IMG/VR virus record: IMGVR_UViG_3300029309_000018
Span: 1,639-65,638 of that record
DNA: 64,000 nucleotides
Reading direction: 5' to 3' (one strand)
Source: a virus
Taxonomy: Duplodnaviria; Caudoviricetes
In this document: piece by piece, positions 1 to 8,925 of the stretch
How the letters are laid out: every line of letters starts with the position of its first letter
Position numbering within the stretch: position 1 is the first letter of the stretch
Position numbers and translations under genes: made by a program
The notes under the pieces: generated by a model
What the model was told of the DNA's origin: nothing
The model's input: the letters and a program-made list of their open reading frames with translations, nothing else
Databases searched by the model: none

Positions 1-2
1 CC

Positions 3-752
3 TACACTTCCCGTAGCCGATACCCCTGTCACAGGGATACCTATAGTCAATATTGGAGCTACAACATTTATACCTATTGCGCCTGTTGCAGATACACCAG
101 TAACAATGGTTGTAGATCCAGCCGCCGCCGATGTAGCAGTTCCAACGGCAGCAGTTCCAACAACTCCCGTAGGAATGTTATGGAATGTCAGAATTGAAGG
201 GGTATTTGCTTGCCACCCCATAGCACTATGATTTGTACAGTAATAATATAAGGTGGGTGCGCCCACCTCAACTGTGATTTGAGTATACGCCCCAGAACTT
301 CCGGGGGTGCCGTTAGTAGTTACACCAGTTGTATACTGAGACCCCCCGCCATGTGTGCCATTAGGTGTTTCACTAAATCGTAGAGGATGTCCTGAATTAG
401 AAGAATCACTCTGATCAAATCTGTACGTGTTTCCTTCAACTAGATCCAGAGTAACGTCAGCCGTGGCTGTTGAGCCATTTATGGCGTATTTATTTGTTGA
501 ACCTACGTTGTAATACGGATGATTAGAAGGATTGCCACCAACAACTGTTACCGTTTTTGTTATAATATCAGGACTAAACTGACTTAAACTGACTGTAGAG
601 GCTACACCAGTTACACCAAAAGTGATTCCTGTATCAGATACTGCTGCGCCTAAAGATGTGGTAGCGGAAAGGCCAGTTACGGCAACAGCAACAGGGCTGT
701 TCCACGCACCTTCACCCCAAGTTCCTCTTCCCCATCCGGTAATATTAGACAC
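3..752 (-). CDS. Virion structural protein with cupredoxin-like domain (partial, runs off window start)
   Basis: Translated by hand: GTG at 752 after GGAG RBS; MSNITGWGRGTWGEGAWNS...GHPLRFS...LYYYCTNHSAMG; Thr/Gly/Val-rich repeats (VTGVSATG); no stop before window edge. Confidence 0.75.
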   Translation of the reverse strand, partial: MSNITGWGRGTWGEGAWNSPVAVAVTGLSATTSLGAAVSDTGITFGVTGVASTVSLSQFSPDIITKTVTVVGGNPSNHPYYNVGSTNKYAINGSTATADVTLDLVEGNTYRFDQSDSSNSGHPLRFSETPNGTHGGGSQYTTGVTTNGTPGSSGAYTQITVEVGAPTLYYYCTNHSAMGWQANTPSILTFHNIPTGVVGTAAVGTATSAAAGSTTIVTGVSATGAIGINVVAPILTIGIPVTGVSATGSV

Positions 753-763
753 AATTTACTCCA

Positions 764-1216
764 TTAAGCTATTCTTATAATAGCATTACTTGCATCTGCC
801 GTAGGAAACTGAATAGTAAAAGTTCCCGAAGTAGATGTTTTGTTAGAAGTGAAATCTAAAACAGCTACAGCTTTATTGCTGTTGGTACTGTTATATATTA
901 AAGCACCCATAGCGGTGATCGTTGCTGTGGTAAAACTTATATCAGCAAAATCGGTCAACGCTGTAGTGCCGGATGTGCTTGGCGCTACCTTTGTCAGTGT
1001 ACCACCACCAGTAGCATATGTGCCGCTAGAAGCAATCTCACCTGTGGTGGTAAATGCTGTAGTAGTGGCCCCTAAAGTTGCCGTTGTGCTTGACTTTCCA
1101 CCACCACTCTCTGCGTAAAGAGCCAGCTTGAAAGCATTGCCATTTGTGGCAAAGTTGTGTGTACCCAACAGTAGCTCTTGTTTGAAAGATGTACACATTG
1201 CTTGTGCTATTGCCAT
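764..1216 (-). CDS. Phage structural protein (Thr-rich beta-type)
   Basis: 150 aa ORF, coupled to upstream gene; MAIAQAMCTSFKQELL start typical of marine phage virion proteins. Confidence 0.7.
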   Translation of the reverse strand: MAIAQAMCTSFKQELLLGTHNFATNGNAFKLALYAESGGGKSSTTATLGATTTAFTTTGEIASSGTYATGGGTLTKVAPSTSGTTALTDFADISFTTATITAMGALIYNSTNSNKAVAVLDFTSNKTSTSGTFTIQFPTADASNAIIRIA

Positions 1217-1509
1217 TATATTCTCCTTATAGCATCTGCTAATTCCAGTTGACCCGCTTCACGAACCTTCGCACATATTGTAGCACGTTCCTCCCTCCTC
1301 GCCAACTCCACGTAGTATTGTAAAATATTTCTCACTTTGTCTTTGAAAGCCTCTGCTTGAAGCCTTATCTCCTCTGGAGAGTCTTCGGAAACATATACGA
1401 TTTTGTTAGTAGCCATTTCTGATATTTGATCATTTGAAAGCCCTCCCTCATTAGATGTCATAACACTAACCGGACCCAGTCCCGTTGCCCCTGTATTAAA
1501 CATTATCAT
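1216..1509 (-). CDS. Hypothetical phage protein
   Basis: 97 aa ORF overlapping neighbours in the operon. Confidence 0.65.
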   Translation of the reverse strand: MIMFNTGATGLGPVSVMTSNEGGLSNDQISEMATNKIVYVSEDSPEEIRLQAEAFKDKVRNILQYYVELARREERATICAKVREAGQLELADAIRRI

Positions 1510-2173
1510 GTCTCCCGAATATCACTGGTTTTTCATCTTGTGGCTCCGGTGACTCAAACTCTGACTGCCTCACTATTAACAACGATCCATCTTTCACTGT
1601 CTGAACCAAGGGATCATCCAGTCTATGATAACCATATAACTTTTCATTATCTGGAACATTTGTATCTAAAAGTGTTGAGTTGTGAGCCACTTCTATTTTT
1701 ATCCCTTTTGACACTGCTACAGCTAACCAAAATTCTACACACGCTCTTCCAGACTCAGCCATATTTACGTTTTTATATGTATAGTCTATGCCATAAAGAC
1801 ATATCGTTTTTACCTTTTTCCATATCGCATACGCTACTGCATAAGCAACGGTGTTGTTGAAATAACAAAAACCTAATTCTGTAGCCACCTCTTTCAAAGG
1901 AAAAAGTTCTAGGTAACTTATTCTTTCATCTAACTGACAAGTTATTATCGGTTTTTCGTTTTTGCTTAGAAACTCACGAGCTATATTGGTTTGTGTGCCA
2001 GCGGAATCAGTATCCAAAAATCTAGACACAGGGTCCATCATAAATGTTTTATCAACGTGTATGATGCCTCCTATGCAATTTATACCCCATATTTCATCAA
2101 AACTTTGTGAGGCTATTCTAGCAGAAACATAATCAGAATAACTTCTGCCAAGCCCAACTATAGCTATTTTCAT
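1496..2173 (-). CDS. Rossmann-like putative glycosyltransferase (GT29/Maf/DUF115-like)
   Basis: Likely start MKIAIVGLG at 2173; IWGINC, NTVAYAVAYA and LYGIDY motifs. Confidence 0.5.
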   Translation of the reverse strand: MKIAIVGLGRSYSDYVSARIASQSFDEIWGINCIGGIIHVDKTFMMDPVSRFLDTDSAGTQTNIAREFLSKNEKPIITCQLDERISYLELFPLKEVATELGFCYFNNTVAYAVAYAIWKKVKTICLYGIDYTYKNVNMAESGRACVEFWLAVAVSKGIKIEVAHNSTLLDTNVPDNEKLYGYHRLDDPLVQTVKDGSLLIVRQSEFESPEPQDEKPVIFGRHDNV

Positions 2174-2180
2174 TGATCCG

Positions 2181-2858
2181 CTAAGTCCTTGGCCTTTCTG
2201 GAAGCCCCTCTCTGTAAGCATCGGCGTTCTCCCTCGCCTCTGCCAAGTCTTTCAGCCTAGACAGACTCTCTGCAAAACGTGACTCGTAAAGACCTATTAT
2301 ATCAGGCTCACCCTTCATGAATGTGTATGCCTCTATTAGAGAACCATACAATAGCGCATTCGGAGCGTTCTCACTTAACCATGTGTATTCTGTATCTGCC
2401 AGCGTTGTAAGGCTCGTAGGTCTGTAGTAATAGTGCAATTCAACTGTATAGTCTGCATTTGGAGTTGGGCCTAATATAAAGTTAGCATTAACGAGTCCGC
2501 TTCCAGTTGTGACAGATGAGTCGAAGAATCCATAGTATAGTGGCTTACCTGTTGACGTAACATCAGGAAAAGCCTCTCTCATAAAGTTTACGTCCTTTTC
2601 TAGAAGGAAGCCTTCACTTCCAGAAGTTGTGATAAACAAAGAAAATGGGGCGAGAAAATCTGTCGGAGTTCTAAGAAACTGATTTCCAGTTGACATAACA
2701 CCTGTTGCATTCTTCCTGAAATTTTCTAAATCAACATTATAAAATATTCTCTGTTCTGCTGATTTTATAAAATTTGATATATTAGAAACAAATGTTGTCT
2801 CACTGTTGTCAGTGTACGATTGAATAGCAGTTTTTAACTCGCCAAAATTATAAGACAT
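2181..2858 (-). CDS. Head-tail adaptor / tail tubular protein A-like
   Basis: 225 aa; LGPTPNADYTVELHYYYRP and WLSENAPNALLYGSL motifs of phage adaptor proteins. Confidence 0.7.
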   Translation of the reverse strand: MSYNFGELKTAIQSYTDNSETTFVSNISNFIKSAEQRIFYNVDLENFRKNATGVMSTGNQFLRTPTDFLAPFSLFITTSGSEGFLLEKDVNFMREAFPDVTSTGKPLYYGFFDSSVTTGSGLVNANFILGPTPNADYTVELHYYYRPTSLTTLADTEYTWLSENAPNALLYGSLIEAYTFMKGEPDIIGLYESRFAESLSRLKDLAEARENADAYREGLPERPRT

Positions 2859-2862
2859 TACA

Positions 2863-3384
2863 TTATCCTAACGCAGTAACCGGGCCTGCGCTTGCAAAGA
2901 AGCCACCGCCAGATATTGAGCCTGTTGTAGCGCCACCAGAAACAGACACTGTATAAGTATCATCTGATACTTTTGTTATGGAATAACCAGAAGCAGACTC
3001 CATCACCGCTGATGTTATGCCATCAAAAGGTTCTACGGTTCTAAACCTGACAGTATCACCTGTATCTCTGCCATGATTTATTTCGGTGACTGTTATAGTT
3101 GTGTTAGAACCGCCAGAGGCTCCGGTGGTAAAAGGATTATCAGGCAAAAGATTTATCACATCAGGCTCTGTTCTATTAGGTCTAGCATTAAGAAGAGATT
3201 GTGAATCGGTCACCCTAACCCGTCCCACAAAGTTTTGCGGGTGATCCTGATCTGCTACATCTTTCCCTACACGCATACCTGTTCTGGACCCGTTTTTTAC
3301 CTCAAAGACAAGGTCAGATAGCTTGTATCTGAACCCTGTCTTATCACAGATCCCATACGCATGTTTTCCACTAGCCGTTGGCAT
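2863..3384 (-). CDS. Phage virion-associated protein
   Basis: 173 aa; N-terminal GICDKTGFRY motif and Thr/Ser/Gly-rich C-terminal domain. Confidence 0.6.
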   Translation of the reverse strand: MPTASGKHAYGICDKTGFRYKLSDLVFEVKNGSRTGMRVGKDVADQDHPQNFVGRVRVTDSQSLLNARPNRTEPDVINLLPDNPFTTGASGGSNTTITVTEINHGRDTGDTVRFRTVEPFDGITSAVMESASGYSITKVSDDTYTVSVSGGATTGSISGGGFFASAGPVTALG

Positions 3385-3387
3385 TTA

Positions 3388-4080
3388 TTAACCTGCCCTT
3401 GTGAAACGCTTACCTCTTACAGCAGCACCCCCGCCTCTTGCCATTCCTTTTTTCTTCATTGAGCCTCCTCTTTTCATGCCTTTGGACTTCATACGCCTCA
3501 TTGCACCGCCCATAGCCATGCCCTTCTTCTTCATAGCACCGCCTCTTTTCATACCCTTTTTCTTCATAGAGCCGCCTTTAGCCATGCCCTTTTTCTTCAT
3601 AGGGCCACCTTTAGCCATGCCCTTCTTCTTCATCATGCCGCCCATTCTTTTCTTTCTCAAAGAGTCTAACTTTTTAAACTCCTTCATTATTGGGCTAAGT
3701 TCCGAAGGCGTCATATCTTTAAATCCACCTGCATCCAGAAACTTTTTGATGGCAGCTCCCGGCTTTACAGAACCGCCTTTGGCATAACCCTTCTTCATCA
3801 TGCCACCTTTTTTCATGCCTTTTTTCTTCATAATGCCTCCTTGACGCATTTTTCCTTTGCCGTCAACGGCAAACGCTGGAACTCTTTTGCCAGTCTTGGG
3901 ATCTTTGACCATAGGCATCTTACCACCCTTGGACATACCTTTAGACTTCATTGCACCACCACGGCGCATTCCTTTTTTCTTCATTGCACCGCCACGCTTC
4001 GCAACCTGTGGTGGGTTCTTCTTTTTCTTTGGTTTAGGTTTCCCTGTCTTGGGATCTAATTCTCTAATTGCTATTGGCAT
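3388..4080 (-). CDS. Lys/Gly/Met-rich repeat protein (KKKGMxxGG repeats), possible internal core protein
   Basis: 230 aa with about 13 copies of [MYA]xxGG, many in about 11-aa KKKGMAKGGxM units; GGAGG RBS. Confidence 0.75.
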   Translation of the reverse strand: MPIAIRELDPKTGKPKPKKKKNPPQVAKRGGAMKKKGMRRGGAMKSKGMSKGGKMPMVKDPKTGKRVPAFAVDGKGKMRQGGIMKKKGMKKGGMMKKGYAKGGSVKPGAAIKKFLDAGGFKDMTPSELSPIMKEFKKLDSLRKKRMGGMMKKKGMAKGGPMKKKGMAKGGSMKKKGMKRGGAMKKKGMAMGGAMRRMKSKGMKRGGSMKKKGMARGGGAAVRGKRFTRAG

Positions 4081-4081
4081 T

Positions 4082-4762
4082 TTAACCTCCTAGGAAAAAT
4101 GTATCATATGGGACGAACTTAATTGCTGACGAGTCTGTATCCTCGTTTGCCGCCAGTTCAAACTGGAACTCATATTCCTGTTTCAGGGGGGCAACCCTGT
4201 TTGCCACCTCTGGCTTTTTCATGGCTATGTAATACGCCAATCCGGAAACCAAACATGGGACAAACCTTGGTGGGACAGCGGCGGTGCCTGATATGCCAGA
4301 CGACACGCCATCAGTCCCTAAAAGATGAAAATGTGCGAGAGTATATGTGTCAGCATCGTCAGGCACAGGCCACAATGTGACAGTGGTTGATGTGGCTAAT
4401 CTTTGTACAAATATTTGCGAAGGCTTGCCACGAGTGTTTTTAGCGCTGATTTTGGCAAATGTAGAAACTGAGATCCTTTGGATGTCAGTGTCAACCTGAT
4501 TTGCTCCCGTGCCAGTTCTAATCTGATGTTCAAGGATATCAATAGTTCCCGTAGGCATCGTATAAGTTGCCGTACCCGCTGTAAGAGAGATTGTGCCAGA
4601 GTTGATAGTCCAGAGATTAAGCCCACGATTCTGCCACTCCAATGTTATTAAATTAAAACTTCTTCTCGCCGTCTTTAGATCATAGCCAGTGGTCATGGAT
4701 AATCCGGCTCTTTCAAAGGCTTCCTCGAATATCTCTGGTAAATCCGGTGTTACTACAGCCAT
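4082..4762 (-). CDS. Head-closure/adaptor-type structural protein
   Basis: 226 aa; EEAFERAG...ARRSFNLITLEWQNRGLNLW and VPPRFVPCLVSGLAYYIA motifs common in podovirus head-tail proteins. Confidence 0.65.
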   Translation of the reverse strand: MAVVTPDLPEIFEEAFERAGLSMTTGYDLKTARRSFNLITLEWQNRGLNLWTINSGTISLTAGTATYTMPTGTIDILEHQIRTGTGANQVDTDIQRISVSTFAKISAKNTRGKPSQIFVQRLATSTTVTLWPVPDDADTYTLAHFHLLGTDGVSSGISGTAAVPPRFVPCLVSGLAYYIAMKKPEVANRVAPLKQEYEFQFELAANEDTDSSAIKFVPYDTFFLGG

Positions 4763-5022
4763 TATCTTACTTTCCTATGAGGTTTTACCTTCGCTCGTAT
4801 TTTTTTAGGCTGCTTTGCAAACTGCTTACCAGCCTTAGTTGCTTTTCTTTTAGCACGGGTGGTAGCCGCGTATTCTTTCGGCGAAAGCGCCTTGATAGCA
4901 GAGGCTGGTAGGTAACGCTCCCCAGTGGCCTTTGGTCCTTGTGTAGAGGGCTTGCCACTTTTAGTCCTCCATTTTTGTTTGGTCCAAGACTTTAAACTTC
5001 TTTGTGACTTTTTTAACGCCAT
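4762..5022 (-). CDS. Small basic phage protein
   Basis: 86 aa; SLKSWTKQKWRTKSGKPS...GERYLP motif; Lys-rich. Confidence 0.7.
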   Translation of the reverse strand: MALKKSQRSLKSWTKQKWRTKSGKPSTQGPKATGERYLPASAIKALSPKEYAATTRAKRKATKAGKQFAKQPKKIRAKVKPHRKVR

Positions 5023-5026
5023 AAAG

Positions 5027-5542
5027 TTACCTGTAACTTTCTACATAATTCTGACTATGCGCTATTGTAATCATTAAACCTATAAAAAGACCAATAGTTA
5101 AAATTATAGCCAACAATATCATACAACCCTGTTTGAGATTCTCTTCAAACTCTTTTTGTTTTTTTATTCTTTCCTTTCTTGCCTGCGCCTCTGCTTCCTT
5201 TGCCTGCTGTATTCTTCTCGCTCTTTCGTCTACTATGCCTTTCCATGTGCCGGGACCAAATCTCAAATCCACCATAGTGGCTATTTCTCTCATCTGCTCT
5301 TGAGCTAATCTGGCGTTTATAATCTCTGTTGCTACTGATTTTACACCAAATTGATCGCCTACACTACCAACACCAGCTTTTTTGCTTCTCTCCTGCTGTA
5401 CCTGCTTTTCGCCTTCAAAAAGATTATCTATGTGTCCAGCTATATCACCTATGTCATTCGCCGTGCCGATCACACTTTTTATGCCGTCAACAGCACTTTT
5501 AAATAAAGCAAATCCTGCCAATGCTGTGCTAATCGGTTCCAT
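5027..5542 (-). CDS. Hypothetical membrane-anchored protein
   Basis: 171 aa; coiled coil and C-terminal hydrophobic helix. Confidence 0.65.
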   Translation of the reverse strand: MEPISTALAGFALFKSAVDGIKSVIGTANDIGDIAGHIDNLFEGEKQVQQERSKKAGVGSVGDQFGVKSVATEIINARLAQEQMREIATMVDLRFGPGTWKGIVDERARRIQQAKEAEAQARKERIKKQKEFEENLKQGCMILLAIILTIGLFIGLMITIAHSQNYVESYR

Positions 5543-5544
5543 TT

Positions 5545-5838
5545 CTATGCTTTCTTTTTTCTAGCTTTTCTTATGCTTTCCTTACCCTGTTTAAATATTC
5601 TAGCTACTTCTGTCTTTCCCATAACCTTGGCTCTTTGCTCACCAACAGTTAAAATTTGTATCTTCCTAGCATAAGGCTTGCTAATTTTTTTTACTTTAGA
5701 AACCGTAGCCCTTGCATCAGCGGGTGTAGCAAACTTAATTCTTACGGTATCTTTGGGATTTTCATCAGTATAAAGCCTTCTACCACTACCTTTTGGCTTT
5801 TTTCCCGTTCCCAATTTTGGATCTTTTCTTTTTACCAT
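5545..5838 (-). CDS. Small basic phage protein
   Basis: 97 aa; GTGKKPKGSGRRLYTDENPKDTV motif. Confidence 0.7.
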   Translation of the reverse strand: MVKRKDPKLGTGKKPKGSGRRLYTDENPKDTVRIKFATPADARATVSKVKKISKPYARKIQILTVGEQRAKVMGKTEVARIFKQGKESIRKARKKKA

Positions 5839-5953
5839 AGTCTCTAAACTTTTTGTTTTTTAGCAATGTGCCTAAAGATTGAGCCTGTTTGGCATGTAAC
5901 TTAGAGGCTTTTTTAAGACCTTTAACAACCTTCTTAACTCTTTTTACATGCAT
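5786..5953 (-). CDS. Small basic protein (55 aa), partial paralog of 5963..6310
   Basis: Hand translation MHVKRVKKVVKGLKKASKLHAKQAQSL...; ATG at 5953, TAG at 5788-5786; below the ORF-track size cutoff. Confidence 0.55.
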   Translation of the reverse strand: MHVKRVKKVVKGLKKASKLHAKQAQSLGTLLKNKKFRDYGKKKRSKIGNGKKAKR

Positions 5954-5962
5954 ACCACTCTC

Positions 5963-6310
5963 CTAATTTCTATAACCGCCACCAGCTTTTTTATAAGCCT
6001 GCGCCATCATTTGCGCTTTTCTTGCTGACCACTGACCCGGAGCGCCACCTTTTCCACCAGCCTTAATCCTGTTGAATATTCTTTTTCTTAACGCAGGCTT
6101 TGTATAGTTTCCCGCTTCATTAACACGGGACTTTGTCTTTCCACCCTTTTTAAGCTCTAACGATGACAATGTCTTGGCCTGCTTGGCATGTAGCTTTGAT
6201 GCCTTTTTAAGACCTTTAACAACCTTATTAACCTTTTTTGCAGTTTGACCACCAGACTTCATGGCAACAGGCTTTTTACGCTTTGCACATAGATTTTTAG
6301 CTGCTCTCAT
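5963..6310 (-). CDS. Small basic phage protein
   Basis: 115 aa; GNYTKPALRKRIF...GQWSARKAQMMAQAYKKAGGGY. Confidence 0.7.
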   Translation of the reverse strand: MRAAKNLCAKRKKPVAMKSGGQTAKKVNKVVKGLKKASKLHAKQAKTLSSLELKKGGKTKSRVNEAGNYTKPALRKRIFNRIKAGGKGGAPGQWSARKAQMMAQAYKKAGGGYRN

Positions 6311-6567
6311 TATGATCTCCTGCTTACTTTGCCCGAAGTAGATGTTCTCCTGAACGATCTGTTCTTCGCAGCCGATACAACTTTTAAATTAGAACGGCGA
6401 TTGTCATTCGGGTTGCCGTTCCTGTGAGCCACATCTTTGCCATCACCTTTTCTAACCTTACCAGCAGCGGTCATCTTTCTTCTGGCTGCATTCCTGCCTG
6501 CTCGATTTCTTTTCTGAGAGGCTTTTGATTGATACCTTTTATACTCAGATGAATAGTTCCTTGGCAT
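6310..6567 (-). CDS. HNH-like small nuclease-fold protein
   Basis: GDGKDVAHRNGNPNDNRRSNLKVVSAAKNRS resembles the HNH beta-beta-alpha motif. Confidence 0.6.
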   Translation of the reverse strand: MPRNYSSEYKRYQSKASQKRNRAGRNAARRKMTAAGKVRKGDGKDVAHRNGNPNDNRRSNLKVVSAAKNRSFRRTSTSGKVSRRS

Positions 6568-6920
6568 TACTTAGCCCTTGTCTTGCCTCGTTGCGCTATA
6601 CCATCAATAGATCTTTTTCTTTTGACCATGCCGCCGCCCATCAAAGGTGTTGCCGCTGCCATTGGTGTGGCTGTCATGCCTTGAGGTGCTTGCGCTGCCG
6701 GAGATGCCGCCCCTTTCTTTTTCTTCTTTAATGCCTTAGCTGCTAATTGCCCCAAACCAAGAGCGCCGCCTGACATGATGCCCTTGTCTTTCATAAATTT
6801 AAGAGACGGACTTGCTGTAAGAAGGCCCATAAACGCCTTGGTTACTGGCTTCTTTTTCATTTTTTTAGGCATCCTATTCCCCTTTAACTGCTGCTTCATG
6901 GTAGCTCGCGAGATTGTCAT
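6567..6920 (-). CDS. Small basic protein
   Basis: Likely start MTISRATMKQQL at 6920 after GGGAG; ends DGIAQRGKTRAK. Confidence 0.6.
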   Translation of the reverse strand: MTISRATMKQQLKGNRMPKKMKKKPVTKAFMGLLTASPSLKFMKDKGIMSGGALGLGQLAAKALKKKKKGAASPAAQAPQGMTATPMAAATPLMGGGMVKRKRSIDGIAQRGKTRAK

Positions 6921-7137
6921 CGTAGGTTCTCCCTGTAAACTCCTCCCACATTGGTCGGAGCATAACGTGAAGTTCATCTATCTTCTGACTGTTAGAATCA
7001 ACTTTAACAGCTATCACGGCAACATTTTTATCAACCTCTATAAGAGTTGATGATATCCATGTCATGCCTGTGACACATGCCCCCACTAAAGCAACAAAAA
7101 GCGTACCTGCTATAAATTGAGAATTTAGCATTTCCAT
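6874..7137 (-). CDS. Hypothetical membrane protein
   Basis: 87 aa; N-terminal TM helix followed by coiled coil. Confidence 0.55.
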   Translation of the reverse strand: MEMLNSQFIAGTLFVALVGACVTGMTWISSTLIEVDKNVAVIAVKVDSNSQKIDELHVMLRPMWEEFTGRTYDDNLASYHEAAVKGE

Positions 7138-7415
7138 CTTCTCCTAGCTTGACGCAAACGACTATTTGGGTTCTTTGCCGCCTTTGGGAACTTCTTCATT
7201 TGTCCGGCAGACCTAGCACAGAACGACTTACGCCTTTTTGCCGCCGCACTACCGGGCTTTACCTTGCCTGTGACGGCTGTCTTGAGCTTACTTCCGGGGT
7301 TTGCCCTTCTGTATGCCGCAACACCCTTGGCAGTCATCCCCGCCCCTTTTTTAGTGGGACGGAAATTACCTGACTTCACCGATGTTTTTATCGGCGTTTC
7401 CTTTTTCCTAGGCAT
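7125..7415 (-). CDS. Small basic phage protein
   Basis: 96 aa; GAGMTAKGVAAYRRANPGSKLK...RRKSFCARS...RRRWKC. Confidence 0.7.
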   Translation of the reverse strand: MPRKKETPIKTSVKSGNFRPTKKGAGMTAKGVAAYRRANPGSKLKTAVTGKVKPGSAAAKRRKSFCARSAGQMKKFPKAAKNPNSRLRQARRRWKC

Positions 7416-8025
7416 AGAACACTGTCATGAAAGCAAAGGTGGCTGATGTGTATGACAAGAACGCACCACCCTCAAACAATATTCCATGCTCAGGTACGGT
7501 TATGTCTCTTGACGTTTCATCATCCGCTATGCTTCTCAGCTTCAGCTTGCTTGTTCCTGTTACAGAACCAGCCACAAAATCCATTGTTCCCGCTGTTGCA
7601 GAGTTGACAATCAAAACACCCTTGATTCTTGCCCGTCCAGCAAAGATTACATCCTTAACTGTGGTGGCAAGGTGGCCTATTTTGATATTTGCTGCTGGCT
7701 GTGCAGACAGCTCTGCCCCTGTTACGGTTCTAAAAAACTTTGTACTGGAGTGTCCTGTAGCGGACCCAGTGAGTGTTATAACCTCTGTTTGTGTATCACC
7801 ATTAACATCAGTGCCTGTAAGAGTGACGGTCTTGCCGTTATCCCCGGTTCCTGTAGTTGTGACATTGATCAACTGCGCTCCGGTAAACGTGGCTACACCC
7901 CCACTAGTATCCGCTCCATCAAGAGTCGCTGTCGTATTAGGACGAGCTGCCTCTAGAACGGAATCATCATCAGCAGCATTCGCATCTGCTGTTATCATGA
8001 TGGATTGTATATCTGAATGGCCCAT
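7408..8025 (-). CDS. Virion structural/decoration protein
   Basis: 205 aa Thr/Ala/Gly-rich; AGGAG RBS; downstream of capsid gene. Confidence 0.65.
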   Translation of the reverse strand: MGHSDIQSIMITADANAADDDSVLEAARPNTTATLDGADTSGGVATFTGAQLINVTTTGTGDNGKTVTLTGTDVNGDTQTEVITLTGSATGHSSTKFFRTVTGAELSAQPAANIKIGHLATTVKDVIFAGRARIKGVLIVNSATAGTMDFVAGSVTGTSKLKLRSIADDETSRDITVPEHGILFEGGAFLSYTSATFAFMTVFYA

Positions 8026-8073
8026 ATCAATCTCCTTTAAGAAAGGAGAGGGGTAGTCCCCTCTCTGTTAATA

Positions 8074-8808
8074 TTAGCCATTAGCAAAGTCAAAAGCTGC
8101 ACCGTGGACCTTAATTACAATTTTTCCTGCGGTGTAAGCTGCCTCTGTTGCATCTCCTGATGTCAGATACAAAAACTTTTTAGTCAAAGCTGCCAGTGTA
8201 GATCCTGCGTCTGCTTCGTTATGAAGGCCAAGTGTTAGGTCACCATTATTAAACAGAACTGTGCCGCTTGTTACAGCAGCGTTTTCTGCCGTTGTGCCTG
8301 TTGCAGAACAAACCAGATTAATATCTGGGTCACCGCCAGTTGGAACCTCAAGACAGATAAACTCTAACTTGTAAGGTATGCCGTTAACTTCTTTTGTTAA
8401 CTCTGCGATGTAAGCATTCGCTGCGCCACCATCAGTTCCGATAACATCATCGGCAGTGCCACCTGATGCCAATCCACCGTGAAGATCAACAAGAATGGTT
8501 GTGACAATGTCTCCACCAATCTTGTTTATAAAGGTGTTGATAGCTGCGTTAGCAATTCCAGATCCATGTGCATTTGGTGTGACATTAAAGATTGTAGCTG
8601 CTGTGCCTAAGCTGGCGTTGTTTGCGCCAACGGTTGTTCCTGCCGCAACAATGTTATCGCGACCAGAAGTTGCAACCTTCTGAACCTCTAAAACACCGCT
8701 GCTTGTTGAGTTGATTTGCTCTGTAAAAGCGCCTGTAGTTGCATTCTTAGATACAACTTTAAATCCATTTTCGGAACGCACTGCTCCGTTAAAAGTGGTA
8801 GTAGCCAT
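8074..8808 (-). CDS. Virion structural/decoration protein
   Basis: 244 aa; MATTTFNGAVRSENGF start typical of post-capsid genes in marine phages. Confidence 0.65.
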   Translation of the reverse strand: MATTTFNGAVRSENGFKVVSKNATTGAFTEQINSTSSGVLEVQKVATSGRDNIVAAGTTVGANNASLGTAATIFNVTPNAHGSGIANAAINTFINKIGGDIVTTILVDLHGGLASGGTADDVIGTDGGAANAYIAELTKEVNGIPYKLEFICLEVPTGGDPDINLVCSATGTTAENAAVTSGTVLFNNGDLTLGLHNEADAGSTLAALTKKFLYLTSGDATEAAYTAGKIVIKVHGAAFDFANG

Positions 8809-8874
8809 GTGAAACTCCTGTCTTGGCTAGTGTCAGCCACAGGATGCGGCTGTCAGGGTTTAAAACAGTATAAC

Positions 8875-8906
8875 AAAAAAAAGGACGACTATGAAGCCGT
8901 CCTTTT
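8875..8906 (-). terminator. Intrinsic terminator after major capsid gene
   Basis: Minus strand AAAAGGACGGCT-TCAT-AGTCGTCC followed by T8. Confidence 0.8.
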
Positions 8907-8925
8907 AATTTATTGTAAATTCATG

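Noticed and set aside
3401-3787. Antisense ORF with PPLAMPFFF repeats, and other long antisense ORFs such as 7427..8056 and 54687..55211
   Set aside because: Shadows of the real minus-strand genes; no RBS or protein-like features.
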